A stretch of 20,615 bases of DNA from Phycisphaerales bacterium. GTDB lineage: Bacteria; Planctomycetota; Phycisphaerae; WQYP01. The number at the start of each line of letters is the position of its first letter. Within the stretch, counting starts at the first letter, position 1. Below the pieces are notes generated by a model. It saw only the letters and a list, made by a program, of their open reading frames with translations, was not told the DNA's origin and did not search any database. The translations under genes and the position numbers were made by a program. The stretch spans positions 1 through 20,615 of the forward strand of contig DAIDJN010000055.1 in NCBI GenBank assembly GCA_027451365.1, read 5' to 3'. Below, one piece after another: positions 9,218 through 17,826 of the stretch.

Positions 9218-9695
9218 ATATATATATAAAACATAATGTAATACAGAGACTTGCGCCGGACCCGCCCGTCGGCAGGCTCTGCCCGCAGGTTGCCGGTTTT
9301 CCGGAGGACGATTGATTATATCTATCCCAGACGGCCGCAGTCCGCCTGGTAACCCCGCCGGACCGGGCAACAGTCGGCAAACATTTTACTCCGGATAATG
9401 GCCAGGTCGTTCGAACCAAAGGCGGCAATCAAGGCGGCCATGGATTTAATTGTGTGCACGGCGATGCAAACGGAAGGCCGATACTTAAATAATCGGGCAC
9501 AATTGGCTTTGGATATGTCAATCGAGCGGTTTAAAAGCGGATTTCGCATGCCTGTCATGTCAGGAAGTTGCCATGTCATATAGCTAAGTTCCTCTTGTAT
9601 CACGATGCGAGTCGAGCTATTCCTTTTTTTTCAGGAATTTTCTTGCATTTTTCCCAAATCTGGATAATCTTATCAGTCTGAATTTCACGGCACTG

Positions 9696-9720
9696 GTTGA
9701 AAACCGGTAACCGGTTCAAC
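9696..9720. promoter_or_regulatory. Imperfect palindrome / tandem AACCGGT site upstream of the PEP-CTERM gene (candidate operator)
   Basis: GTTGAAAACCGGT-A-ACCGGTTCAAC, just downstream of a possible promoter TTGCAT(9643)-N16-TAATCT(9665). Confidence 0.4.
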
Positions 9721-9788
9721 TATTGACCTGGCCAAGGCCCGGAGGCTGTGGCGCAACTTTCAGCCAGAAAATTGAATTGGAGCAAGCA

Positions 9789-10625
9789 ATGCGGAAGAAC
9801 AGTTTCGGAATTGTCGGACCAGCGGTTTTGGCTGGTGTCTTACTGGCCGTTTCGCCTGTGGCTCGGGCTTCGGTCGCTGTGTCGGTTCCGGTGCCATCAT
9901 TTACGATTACCCCGACAGTGCAGATTGATAACGCCTTTCTGGTGACCGGAATCGTCACTCCAGGATCGGTTTCGGGAGCCACGTTTTCCGTCAATGGCAC
10001 TTATCTGGGTACAATTTCTGCCAATGTCAGCACCACCTATGCGCCTGGCGTGGCTGCAAACATTTATAGCATTATTGGCACATATACCGACGCGAATTCC
10101 GCCAACCACCTGGTGGTCGGCTTAAGTTCCTCCGGCAGTTACGTGGCCAATGCCCAAAGCCAGGGATTCAACTGGTTCTTTCCCAATGGAACCAGCGGAC
10201 AGACCTTCACGGAACTTACGGACCTTTATGGGGATATTGCCACCGAAGTAAACAGCTCGACCGTGCAGACGGCCAATTCTCTTCTTAATCTTGGATTGAT
10301 TCCTCTTGCCTCTGCAATTAGCAGCAATGCGACAACCGCCCAAATAGAGGACAATTATCTAATTCCCGCCGTGCAGGATGCCGGAATTCTGGAACGGGCC
10401 GCAAAGCAATATAACTACGCCGCACCGGCGTTAAGTGGCAGTACCACCTATCTGCCGCAATATGGCGCGGCTATTCAGGCAGGCGGTTCCGGCACCTTGC
10501 TCTATTTTTCCGGTGGCACGCCCGCAGGTACTATTACCGCAACTCCGGAACCTGGTTCGCTGCTTGCGATCGGCTTGGGCGCGGCCTCCATGCTGTTCCT
10601 GCGGCGGCGAAATCTGGCGGTTTAA
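9789..10625 (+). CDS. PEP-CTERM sorting domain surface protein (~278 aa)
   Basis: Sec signal peptide (MRKNSF...LLAVSPVARA), Ser/Thr/Asn/Gly-rich body, C-terminal TPEPGSLLAIGLGAASMLFLRRR; GGAG before ATG 9789. Confidence 0.93.
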   Translation: MRKNSFGIVGPAVLAGVLLAVSPVARASVAVSVPVPSFTITPTVQIDNAFLVTGIVTPGSVSGATFSVNGTYLGTISANVSTTYAPGVAANIYSIIGTYTDANSANHLVVGLSSSGSYVANAQSQGFNWFFPNGTSGQTFTELTDLYGDIATEVNSSTVQTANSLLNLGLIPLASAISSNATTAQIEDNYLIPAVQDAGILERAAKQYNYAAPALSGSTTYLPQYGAAIQAGGSGTLLYFSGGTPAGTITATPEPGSLLAIGLGAASMLFLRRRNLAV

Positions 10626-11047
10626 TCGCCGCATAATGGCCATGAATTTCCATCTGTAAGCTGACGGTTTAAGATACCTGTCGGACCGGACTATTGTGTG
10701 GAATTGCCAGGAGTCGGTTCGCCGATGCCGCTTCCGGTTGGTTTTGGTCCGCGGATGTCCACCGTATTCTTCCATGGGGCACCATCAGAACCGGCCACCG
10801 CGGCGATTGGGTTTTACTCTTTTTGCACCGCATATGCCTGTGGTTCTGTTGCAATTGCATCAGAATCAATTGGCCTGTTGGCCGCCAACCCTGCGGGCGG
10901 GAGTCAGCGGGTCGGAGGCGTGGAAAATAGCCACGCTTCGGCGATAACGCCATTGGTTCCGGCAGCCAATTCCATTACTGGGTTTGCCGATGATTTCGCC
11001 AGATCCAGTTGGCAAACCTTTGGCAGGGTTGTGGGGGTACATGAGTC

Positions 11048-11467
11048 TTATTTTTTATACACGGTGGCGGGATCCACGCTGCGTTCGGCGGCGAATTCCA
11101 GCACCGGCCCGGCAGGGCTGGTGCGAATGCGGCGGTAGAAACAGGAACGATAGCCATTGTGGCAGGCGGTGCCGCTTTGGCGCACTTTAATAATGACCGC
11201 ATCCTGGTCGCAGTCAATCAGCACGTCCTGCACCTGCTGGGTGTGGCCGCTCTCTTCGCCTTTGATCCAGAATTTATTGCGCGACCGGCTCCAGTAGGTG
11301 GCTTTGCCGGTGGCCAGCGTTTTTTCCAGCGCTTCGCGGTTCATGAATGCCACCATCAGCACCTGGCCGTTATCGGCATCCACGGTAACGGCGGTGATCA
11401 GGCCGGCTGAATCAAACTTCAGATCCATGTTCAGGCCAAGCTCACGGGCGGAATTGTTCGACGACAT
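11048..11467 (-). CDS. hisI: Phosphoribosyl-AMP cyclohydrolase (~139 aa)
   Basis: [14 protein letters not shown]...KGEESG, DCDQD and [10 protein letters not shown] motifs; AAGGA before ATG 11467. Confidence 0.95.
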   Translation of the reverse strand: MSSNNSARELGLNMDLKFDSAGLITAVTVDADNGQVLMVAFMNREALEKTLATGKATYWSRSRNKFWIKGEESGHTQQVQDVLIDCDQDAVIIKVRQSGTACHNGYRSCFYRRIRTSPAGPVLEFAAERSVDPATVYKK

Positions 11468-11587
11468 GGGCAATCCTTGTGTATTTATTTATATATATAA
11501 TTAAAATATTTCAAACAAAGGCCTGTTGCGCGGGATCATTCTTCACCGGCGGCCGGGGGCGGTCAAGTGTCGCCGGCCCGTCCGGAT

Positions 11588-12163
11588 TCACCGTGCGCTG
11601 GGTTCAATGATCGACTGCGTGCGAACCAGAACGCGGGCGTCGCCAAGCAGATGGAACCCTTCCAGGTGCACGGCCCGCCGGTGGAGCTGAGCCACCAGAA
11701 CGGAAAGGTATTCCAGGTTGCCGAGTTCATTCCGCCGCTGGGAAACCATGCCATCCTGTTCCGCGGCGATGCGGAGCAGTTCGGTAACGGAATTGTCGAA
11801 AAGTGCGTCCGTGACATGTTCTTCGTTCAGCGCCAGGTAATAATGGTGCCGTTCGCCCATGGGAATGTCGTATTGTTTGTCGCCTTTGCAGGGCAGGCGT
11901 TCAATTAGTCCGCGATCCGGCAGAAGTTTGTTGGGAAAACAGGCCAACTCGCAAAGCGTGTGCGGACCGGACAGCGCCACCATGTGCCCGCCGCCGGACA
12001 GCAGCCACATGCGGACATCAAATTCGCCCAGCGGTCGCACGCGGCTGGTATCTGTGGAGACGAGTTCCGGATGCAGCATGCGATCGTAAACCAGCACGGA
12101 AATACCGGCGCTGCGCGGCTTTTTATGATGCAAACCAGAAACGTTTTCCCGATTGGGTGTCAC
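11588..12163 (-). CDS. DUF2617-like protein of unknown function (~191 aa)
   Basis: YDRMLHPEL, GGHMV and FH...VLVRTQSIIE resemble planctomycete DUF2617 members as recalled; AAGGAG 5 nt before GTG 12163. Confidence 0.7.
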   Translation of the reverse strand: MTPNRENVSGLHHKKPRSAGISVLVYDRMLHPELVSTDTSRVRPLGEFDVRMWLLSGGGHMVALSGPHTLCELACFPNKLLPDRGLIERLPCKGDKQYDIPMGERHHYYLALNEEHVTDALFDNSVTELLRIAAEQDGMVSQRRNELGNLEYLSVLVAQLHRRAVHLEGFHLLGDARVLVRTQSIIEPSAR

Positions 12164-12206
12164 AATAACTCCTTGGGGCAAGCGGATACATCAGGCACTT
12201 ATGTGC

Positions 12207-12234
12207 ATTATATCCGTTTCAACATCAGGGCCAA
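12207..12234 (-). promoter_or_regulatory. Putative sigma70 promoter for the DUF2617-like gene
   Basis: Minus strand TTGGCC-N16-TATAAT, with the -10 about 45 nt upstream of the GTG start. Confidence 0.55.
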
Positions 12235-12412
12235 CAACGCCTGGCTCTTCTGGCGACAGCTTTGCGGCCAGCGGTTTGGTCCCGCCGTGCCGCGATTTAT
12301 TTTGTCTGGTGCCCGGCCAGCGTGTCCCGCACAGGCCGCGCAAAAACAATCCAACCCGTGAGAATTCTCTCCCGGAGGTTCTACGAACCATCTCATACCC
12401 GTGGAAACTCAA

Positions 12413-12442
12413 TGGTGAATCAAACAGCGGATTGATTCACCA
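12413..12442. repeat. Perfect 11-bp inverted repeat (hairpin or operator)
   Basis: TGGTGAATCAA-ACAGCGGA-TTGATTCACCA. Confidence 0.75.
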
Positions 12443-12619
12443 GCCTTCAACTGGGCAGTGCCACGGCCCGCCTGGGGCACCGGACCGTCTAATTCAGTCG
12501 CCGACGGACCAGCAGACCGTAACCGTACCGCGTTGGGGATTGCACCAAACCGCATGTTTTACCGGACGTCAGGCTGATTTTATCCGGGAAATCAACGCGA
12601 TTTCTTCAACTAGGAGCCA

Positions 12620-12628
12620 ATTATAACA
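12620..12628 (-). promoter_or_regulatory. Perfect extended -10 element pointing leftwards into the structured intergenic region
   Basis: Minus strand TG-T-TATAAT at the edge of an AT-rich block. Confidence 0.6.
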
Positions 12629-12808
12629 TAAGACTCACACAAACAGAAGGAATTTCTTTGCATATTTTTAATGTTGCTTACTGCGCCGATGTACAAATTT
12701 GTCGCCCGTTTAATTTTATTTATCGCTTATACGAATATATTTGCGATAATTTATTTCAAAATCGACCTCGCATTGCGTTATCGACCGGTCGCGTGGCCTG
12801 CGCTTTTG

Positions 12809-12817
12809 TGTTACATT
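12809..12817 (+). promoter_or_regulatory. Extended -10 element positioned for a leaderless transcript
   Basis: TG-T-TACATT, then 6 nt, then ATG 12824; no Shine-Dalgarno. Confidence 0.55.
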
Positions 12818-12823
12818 TTCCAC

Positions 12824-13360
12824 ATGAGCGACTTTGTGAGCCATTTTGTCATGCGGCGGACGGGACATCACTTTCAGGCGACCAGCGCCCAGATTTGCGG
12901 CGATGTGGCGCTGGGAGAAAATTGCAGCATCTGGTTTAACGCCGTTATTCGCGGCGATGTGGCACCCATTACCCTGGGTAAAAATGTGAATGTTCAGGAG
13001 GGGGCAGTTCTGCATTGCGACTATGGCGTGCCGTTGAACATTGAAGCGGATGTCACGATTGGTCACGGCGCAGTGGTGCATTGCCGGTCGGTCGGCTCTG
13101 GCACACTCATCGGCATGAAGGCGGTAGTCCTGTCTGGCGCGGTCATTGGGCGTCATTGCATTGTTGCCGCGGGTGCTGTGGTTTCACCGGGCACGGTCGT
13201 GCCTGACGGGCAGGTGGTAATGGGTGTGCCGGGCAAAGTGGTACGCGCTGTTCGACCGGCGGAACTCGCCGACATGCAGGCAAATAACCGCCATTATGTA
13301 GAACTTGCGATCCGGCATGTGGAATGCCCGGACAAATATTATAAATTCCTGATTCCCTGA
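12824..13360 (+). CDS. Gamma-carbonic anhydrase family protein (YrdA/CaiE-like hexapeptide beta-helix, ~178 aa)
   Basis: GDV.LGENCSIWFNAVIRGD, NVQEGAVLH and TIGHGAVVH (three Zn-ligand His), GVPGK. The track's 51-aa N-terminal extension is AT-rich intergenic DNA. Confidence 0.93.
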   Translation: MSDFVSHFVMRRTGHHFQATSAQICGDVALGENCSIWFNAVIRGDVAPITLGKNVNVQEGAVLHCDYGVPLNIEADVTIGHGAVVHCRSVGSGTLIGMKAVVLSGAVIGRHCIVAAGAVVSPGTVVPDGQVVMGVPGKVVRAVRPAELADMQANNRHYVELAIRHVECPDKYYKFLIP

Positions 13361-13407
13361 GCCGGACTACCCCAAGCCCGCTTTCCCCTTCCGCCCGCTG
13401 CACTGGT

Positions 13408-13436
13408 TTGAGATTTTACCCGGCCACTTCTACCAT
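13408..13436 (+). promoter_or_regulatory. Putative sigma70 promoter giving a leaderless mRNA for the ABC importer operon
   Basis: TTGAGA-N17-TACCAT, then 6 nt, then ATG 13443. Confidence 0.6.
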
Positions 13437-13442
13437 AGGCCC

Positions 13443-14351
13443 ATGGTCCGATTTCCAAGCAAAGCCAGATGTGTCTTTATGTTGCTGCTGATGTTGCCCG
13501 CAGCGTGTCGGCATTCGCAAAGCGCTCAAGCCGTAAAAGCCGGACCACGGATTGTCAGCACCGTTCCCGCCGCTACGCAAATACTGATGCAGATCGGTGG
13601 GGGGGCAACGCTGGTTGGCGTATCGCGGTTTGATAAACCGCTGCTTCCAAGCAGCTATCGGTCGCTGCCGGTCGTGGGGGATTATTTTAATCTGGATGAC
13701 GAACTGCTTCTGAACCTGCGGCCGACCGTGCTGATTATCCAAAAAAGTCCATTGCGTCTGGCGGGTTTGCCGGCGCTGGCTCTGCAAAATCATATTCGGC
13801 TGGTGAATGTGTCATTTAACCGGATTCAGACCATGGAACAGACTGTGCTTCTGCTGGGGAAGCTGGCGAACCGCGCGGTGGCCGCACGACTGGCGGTTGC
13901 GCAGTTTAAAGCCAAACTGGCCCGCGATGCAGCTGAATTGCCGCCGCGGGCGGATCGTCCGCGTGTGGTGTGCCTTGTGGGGACCGCACCGATGCGCGCG
14001 GTCGGGGCGGATAATTTTATAAACAGCATGATTCGGCTGGCCGGGGGTAGAAACGTTGGCGCACAGTTGGGCAGCGGCTTTCCCGTGCTGACGCACGAAA
14101 CACTGCTGGAACTTAAACCGCGCATCATTGTGCTGGCGCTGCCCGGTGCGCCGCCGGCCAGGGGGAAGGGCGACCCGCGCATGACGGTTTTTTTGCGGCA
14201 AGCCGCATTTACCAGGCCATTGCCGCGCGTGTTTCTGCTGACGGACCGCCAATGTGAAATGCCGACGCTGAAAATTGCCCATACCATAAAGCAATTGCGG
14301 GGATTTTTTGGAACGCAGCGGCACCTGCCAGATGGGAGCACCACGCGATGA
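13443..14351 (+). CDS. Cobalamin/iron-complex ABC transporter substrate-binding (lipo)protein, BtuF-like
   Basis: Lipobox-like LPAAC; RIVSTVPAATQIL, LVGVSRFD, VVGDYFNLDDELLLNLRP and AGGRN motifs of helical-backbone metal receptors. Confidence 0.85.
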   Translation: MVRFPSKARCVFMLLLMLPAACRHSQSAQAVKAGPRIVSTVPAATQILMQIGGGATLVGVSRFDKPLLPSSYRSLPVVGDYFNLDDELLLNLRPTVLIIQKSPLRLAGLPALALQNHIRLVNVSFNRIQTMEQTVLLLGKLANRAVAARLAVAQFKAKLARDAAELPPRADRPRVVCLVGTAPMRAVGADNFINSMIRLAGGRNVGAQLGSGFPVLTHETLLELKPRIIVLALPGAPPARGKGDPRMTVFLRQAAFTRPLPRVFLLTDRQCEMPTLKIAHTIKQLRGFFGTQRHLPDGSTTR

Positions 14352-15400
14352 TAGGCGCTGCCTGTAAAAAATCCGGCGACTGGCTATCGAGCCAGAATGG
14401 TCAACTTCTGATCGGGCTGGCGCTGGTTGGCCTGGCGTTTATTGCGGGGATGGCAACCGGTCCGGCTTTGCCCGGCCATTTCTGGCCGTCATTCGGATTC
14501 GCATCGGGGCCTGCCACGCACCTGAGGGCGGTGCGACTGATGGCCGCAGGACTGGTGGGCGCTTCCTTGGCGATTGCCGGCGTACTGCTGCAGGGGTTGT
14601 TGCGCAATCCGCTGGCGGACCCGTACATTCTGGGAATTTCCAGCGGGGCGACGGCCGGCGTCATGGTCTGGATTCTGCTGGGAAATCTGTTGACTGGTGT
14701 CGCCCTTGCCCATCCCTGGCTGGGTGCCGCCTTTGCGTATGGACAGGCGGTGCCGGCGTTGCTTGGCGCGCTGTTTACCTGCGGGGCGGTGTTTTTTCTG
14801 GGGCGCCGCGGCGGCATTCTGGATCCGCTTACGCTGCTTCTGGCGGGCGTGGTGCTGGGCAGTGTGAATACAGCGCTAATTATGCTCCTTAACAATCTGG
14901 CACCCTACGGCGCGCGGGCGGACATTTTAAATTATATTTTCGGCTATATAAATGCTGTTACGCCGCAATTTCTGCTGTGGCTGGATGGGTGCCTGCTGCT
15001 GGTCTGCTGGCTGGCCGCCATGGCCATTGCCGGCGCGATGGATATTGCGTCGCTTTCGGATATTGAAGCCACGAGTCTGGGCGTGCGACTTTCCCGTCTG
15101 CGTATGGGAAGCTTTTTAATTTCCGCCGCCCTGGCCGCCGGTGCCATTGTGCTGGCCGGACCGGTCGGATTTGTCGGACTGATTTGTCCGCATATCTGCC
15201 GGTCGTGGTTCGGGCCGGACCATCGGCGGCTGCTGGTCAGCAGTCCGTTGCTGGGAGCTGCGTTTCTGATTATTGCAGATTCATTTGTACGCTGTACCGG
15301 CAACTGGTTTAACGGCGAACTTCCGGTGGGGGTGGTAACCGCGTTGTGCGGCGGACCGTATTTTCTTTTTCTTCTGCAAAGGCGCAGACCATGGCAATAA
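14348..15400 (+). CDS. Cobalamin/iron-complex ABC transporter permease, BtuC/FecCD family
   Basis: LQGLLRNPLADPYILGISSGA, EATSLGV, GPVGFVGLICPH, ELPVGVVTALCGGPYF; ATGA overlap with the upstream gene. Confidence 0.93.
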   Translation: MIGAACKKSGDWLSSQNGQLLIGLALVGLAFIAGMATGPALPGHFWPSFGFASGPATHLRAVRLMAAGLVGASLAIAGVLLQGLLRNPLADPYILGISSGATAGVMVWILLGNLLTGVALAHPWLGAAFAYGQAVPALLGALFTCGAVFFLGRRGGILDPLTLLLAGVVLGSVNTALIMLLNNLAPYGARADILNYIFGYINAVTPQFLLWLDGCLLLVCWLAAMAIAGAMDIASLSDIEATSLGVRLSRLRMGSFLISAALAAGAIVLAGPVGFVGLICPHICRSWFGPDHRRLLVSSPLLGAAFLIIADSFVRCTGNWFNGELPVGVVTALCGGPYFLFLLQRRRPWQ

Positions 15401-16203
15401 GATCCGACCTGCCCGCCGACGGGCCAGCCGCGGCTCTGGCCGCGCGGGATGTGACCTTTCGTTTCGGTGCCGATGCGGTGCTGGAGAATCTATCGGTGGA
15501 CATTTCCGCCAACTGCATGACCGCCATCATCGGACCGAATGGCGCGGGAAAATCAACGCTGGCGCATCTGCTGATTGGCTTTCTTCAACCAGAGCATGGT
15601 GTGGTGGAACTGCTGGGCAAACCGCGCTTGCAATACACTGCCGCACAGGCCGCCGGAATCATTGCGTTCGTGCCGCAGTTTTCGCAGGTGAGTTTTGGCT
15701 ATTCGGTGCGGGACATTGTGCGGATGGGACGTTGGCCCCGGCGCAGCAGTTCGACAGGGCTAAATTCACATTCGCCAGCGGATCTAGCCGCGGTGGATCA
15801 GGCTATGTGGGATACGGATGTGCAGCATTTGGCGCGGCGGACATTTAACGAACTTTCGGGCGGCGAACGTCAGCGTGTGGTAATAGCCCGGGCTTTGGCC
15901 CAGCAGGCACCTGTCATTGTGCTGGATGAACCGACCACCGGCCTGGACCTCTGGCATCAGCTTGTGATTCTCGGGCTTTTGCGGAAACTGGCCCGTGAGC
16001 AAGGCCGCACAATTGTGTTGGTATCGCACGATCTGAATATGGCACTGAACCATTGCGATCAGGCGATCCTGCTGCAGGCGGGCAAACGGGTCGCGGCGGG
16101 TCCGGTCAAGGCTGTTTTGACACCGGCAATTCTGGAAAGCGTTTATCGGGTTCGGGTGAATCCCGTGGGCGACCAACTTCATTTTTCCCTGGCCACGGCA
16201 TGA
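15391..16203 (+). CDS. Cobalamin/iron-complex ABC transporter ATP-binding protein, BtuD/FecE family (~270 aa)
   Basis: Walker A GPNGAGKST, signature LSGGERQRV, Walker B VLDEPT, H-loop SHDLN. Confidence 0.93.
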   Translation: MAIRSDLPADGPAAALAARDVTFRFGADAVLENLSVDISANCMTAIIGPNGAGKSTLAHLLIGFLQPEHGVVELLGKPRLQYTAAQAAGIIAFVPQFSQVSFGYSVRDIVRMGRWPRRSSSTGLNSHSPADLAAVDQAMWDTDVQHLARRTFNELSGGERQRVVIARALAQQAPVIVLDEPTTGLDLWHQLVILGLLRKLAREQGRTIVLVSHDLNMALNHCDQAILLQAGKRVAAGPVKAVLTPAILESVYRVRVNPVGDQLHFSLATA

Positions 16204-16428
16204 TTATTTGACAATTTGGCGCCATTTGGACCGATAATCGCATTCTGGCATTCTCGTGAATTGTGCTTATCAAATTGCCGCCGCCAAGCCGAAATACTCA
16301 GTAAGCCCATCCGGTTGATTCGGACACATATCAAGGCGTCCAGAAAATCCGGAACCTGCCCGCAAGGGTCATTTAGGGCGAACTTTGGAAGCTGTATCGT
16401 GGTCAATTCGTTTCGCAGGAGACATTCT

Positions 16429-16812
16429 ATGTCTATTGAGGACACAATCGCATCACTGGAACGCAACACACGCATGGGGACATCGCGATCGCTGATGGCC
16501 CATGGCGGAAAGTCCGGCAATTCGACGGTGCTGGAGGGGGTGTATCAGGAACGCGGTCATATCCCGCCGCACTACCATGATTGCGAGGAAGTCATTCTGT
16601 GCGCCCAGGGCGAAGGCATTCTGTTTATTGGTGAAGAGCCGCACACGTTTATGGCCGGTGCCACCATGGTGATTCCCGCCGGCGTGGCACACTGTGTGTA
16701 CAACACCGGCATCGGGCAGTTGCGGCTGCTGGCATTTTTTCCGTCAGCCAGTCCCGCATTCAACTGGGTCGCCAGCCTGCGACGCCTGACGGGAACCGGC
16801 GCGGCGGCTTGA
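16429..16812 (+). CDS. Cupin domain protein (~127 aa)
   Basis: PPHYHDCEE and IPAGVAH cupin metal-binding motifs; AGGAG before ATG 16429. Confidence 0.88.
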   Translation: MSIEDTIASLERNTRMGTSRSLMAHGGKSGNSTVLEGVYQERGHIPPHYHDCEEVILCAQGEGILFIGEEPHTFMAGATMVIPAGVAHCVYNTGIGQLRLLAFFPSASPAFNWVASLRRLTGTGAAA

Positions 16813-17047
16813 AACAATACAAATAGATGACGGATTACTTTATGGACAAGATTCGATAAATAGCAATGGAGTCCTGTATATTCCGCGCAGGACAGTCAGA
16901 CTCGGGTCGCATTAGGGGGGAGATTTGAGCAGCAACGGCTGGGCCTGGAACGGTTGAACAGGTGAGAGCAGCAAAAAGATATCAATGGAATAGCATCACT
17001 TGCCAAGGCCGAGCGGCCGATTCGTTTACGCGAGTCAGTCTATTAAA

Positions 17048-17377
17048 CTAATGGCTCGGTCTGGCCCCATGGCGGCCGCAATATTCACTTGTCAAACGGC
17101 CGGATGCTGTGCTTCGCAGTGTTTCGCCGGTTATTGGTTCGGGGTGCGGTTCTTCCGGATTTGGCGAACCGGTGCGGCCCTCGATATCAGTAACAGGTGT
17201 GTGCGTCGGCGATAAGGGCGACAGGCGCAATGAACTGGATGCCTGCGGAATCTTTGAACGAACCGCTTCGCTTGAACCCGAGGGGTGCTGCACTTCCTTT
17301 TTTTCTTCCGCAAGAGCGGCGGGCGATTCGCTTTTTTTTCTTGTGTTGGGGATGGTAGAGGGGTATAAACAGGCCAT
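17048..17377 (-). CDS. Hypothetical Ser/Pro/Glu-rich protein (109 aa), doubtful
   Basis: ATG-initiated hydrophilic ORF filling an otherwise empty gap; no motif or clear RBS. Confidence 0.25.
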   Translation of the reverse strand: MACLYPSTIPNTRKKSESPAALAEEKKEVQHPSGSSEAVRSKIPQASSSLRLSPLSPTHTPVTDIEGRTGSPNPEEPHPEPITGETLRSTASGRLTSEYCGRHGARPSH

Positions 17378-17472
17378 TGCAAATGGGTATGCCGGGTTCG
17401 CGGCGTGGTGCGTTTATCGCGGGCCGAGGCACCCTGCCTTTCAATTTGCTGACATCCGCATTCGGGGTAATT

Positions 17473-17760
17473 ATGAGCGGGCTTGCCCAACTTTTGTCTT
17501 TTCTGCTGGCCGCGATGGGGCTGACGGTCCTGGTTGTCTGGCCGGAATCCGGACCGGGGGCGTTGTTGCGGGACCAGGTGGTTCGTCAATTGCTTCCGAA
17601 ATCCCGCCGCGGGGTTCTGGATTGTTACATCTGTTTCGGGTTCTGGAGTGGATTGATTTTGGCCGTGCCCTGGTGGCTCATGTATCGCGAGCCCTGGGCA
17701 TGGTTTGGATGCCTGATGGTGCCTGCGGTGTTCTGGCTGGTTATGGGGAAATGGAAATAG
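17473..17760 (+). CDS. Small membrane protein with CxxC motif, DUF1360-like (~95 aa)
   Basis: Three hydrophobic segments and LDCYICFGFW, similar to the CxxCxxxW motif of DUF1360 proteins. Confidence 0.7.
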   Translation: MSGLAQLLSFLLAAMGLTVLVVWPESGPGALLRDQVVRQLLPKSRRGVLDCYICFGFWSGLILAVPWWLMYREPWAWFGCLMVPAVFWLVMGKWK

Positions 17761-17826
17761 GCCGATTGGCCGGCGGCGATGGTCGGCTACGCGGACAATT
17801 CGGGCGGGCTCATTTCCTGCGGGTCT

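Noticed and set aside
9322..9603. 93-aa minus-strand ORF between the MoaD/ThiS and PEP-CTERM genes
   Set aside because: Has a possible GAGG but no recognisable family or protein-like pattern; cannot be supported without a search.
9688..9765. Possible sigma54 promoters (CGGCAC..., TGGCGC...) upstream of the PEP-CTERM gene
   Set aside because: Neither satisfies the strict GG-N10-GC spacing.
10640..11045. Several 78-146 aa ORFs or a possible pseudogene between the PEP-CTERM gene and hisI
   Set aside because: No frame gives a recognisable protein; no RBS and no RNA signature.
12525..12560. Minus-strand GGTGCAATCC resembling part of a cobalamin riboswitch
   Set aside because: Lacks the GGGAA, GCCACTG and AGYCAG elements and faces away from the Btu-like operon.
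12619..12648. TTATGTTATAAT resembling the XerD arm of a dif site
   Set aside because: No matching XerC arm; better explained as an extended -10 promoter.
17761..17787. GC-rich stem between the convergent CxxC membrane gene and the glf fusion
   Set aside because: Needs several G-U pairs and has no U-tract on either strand; too weak to call a terminator.
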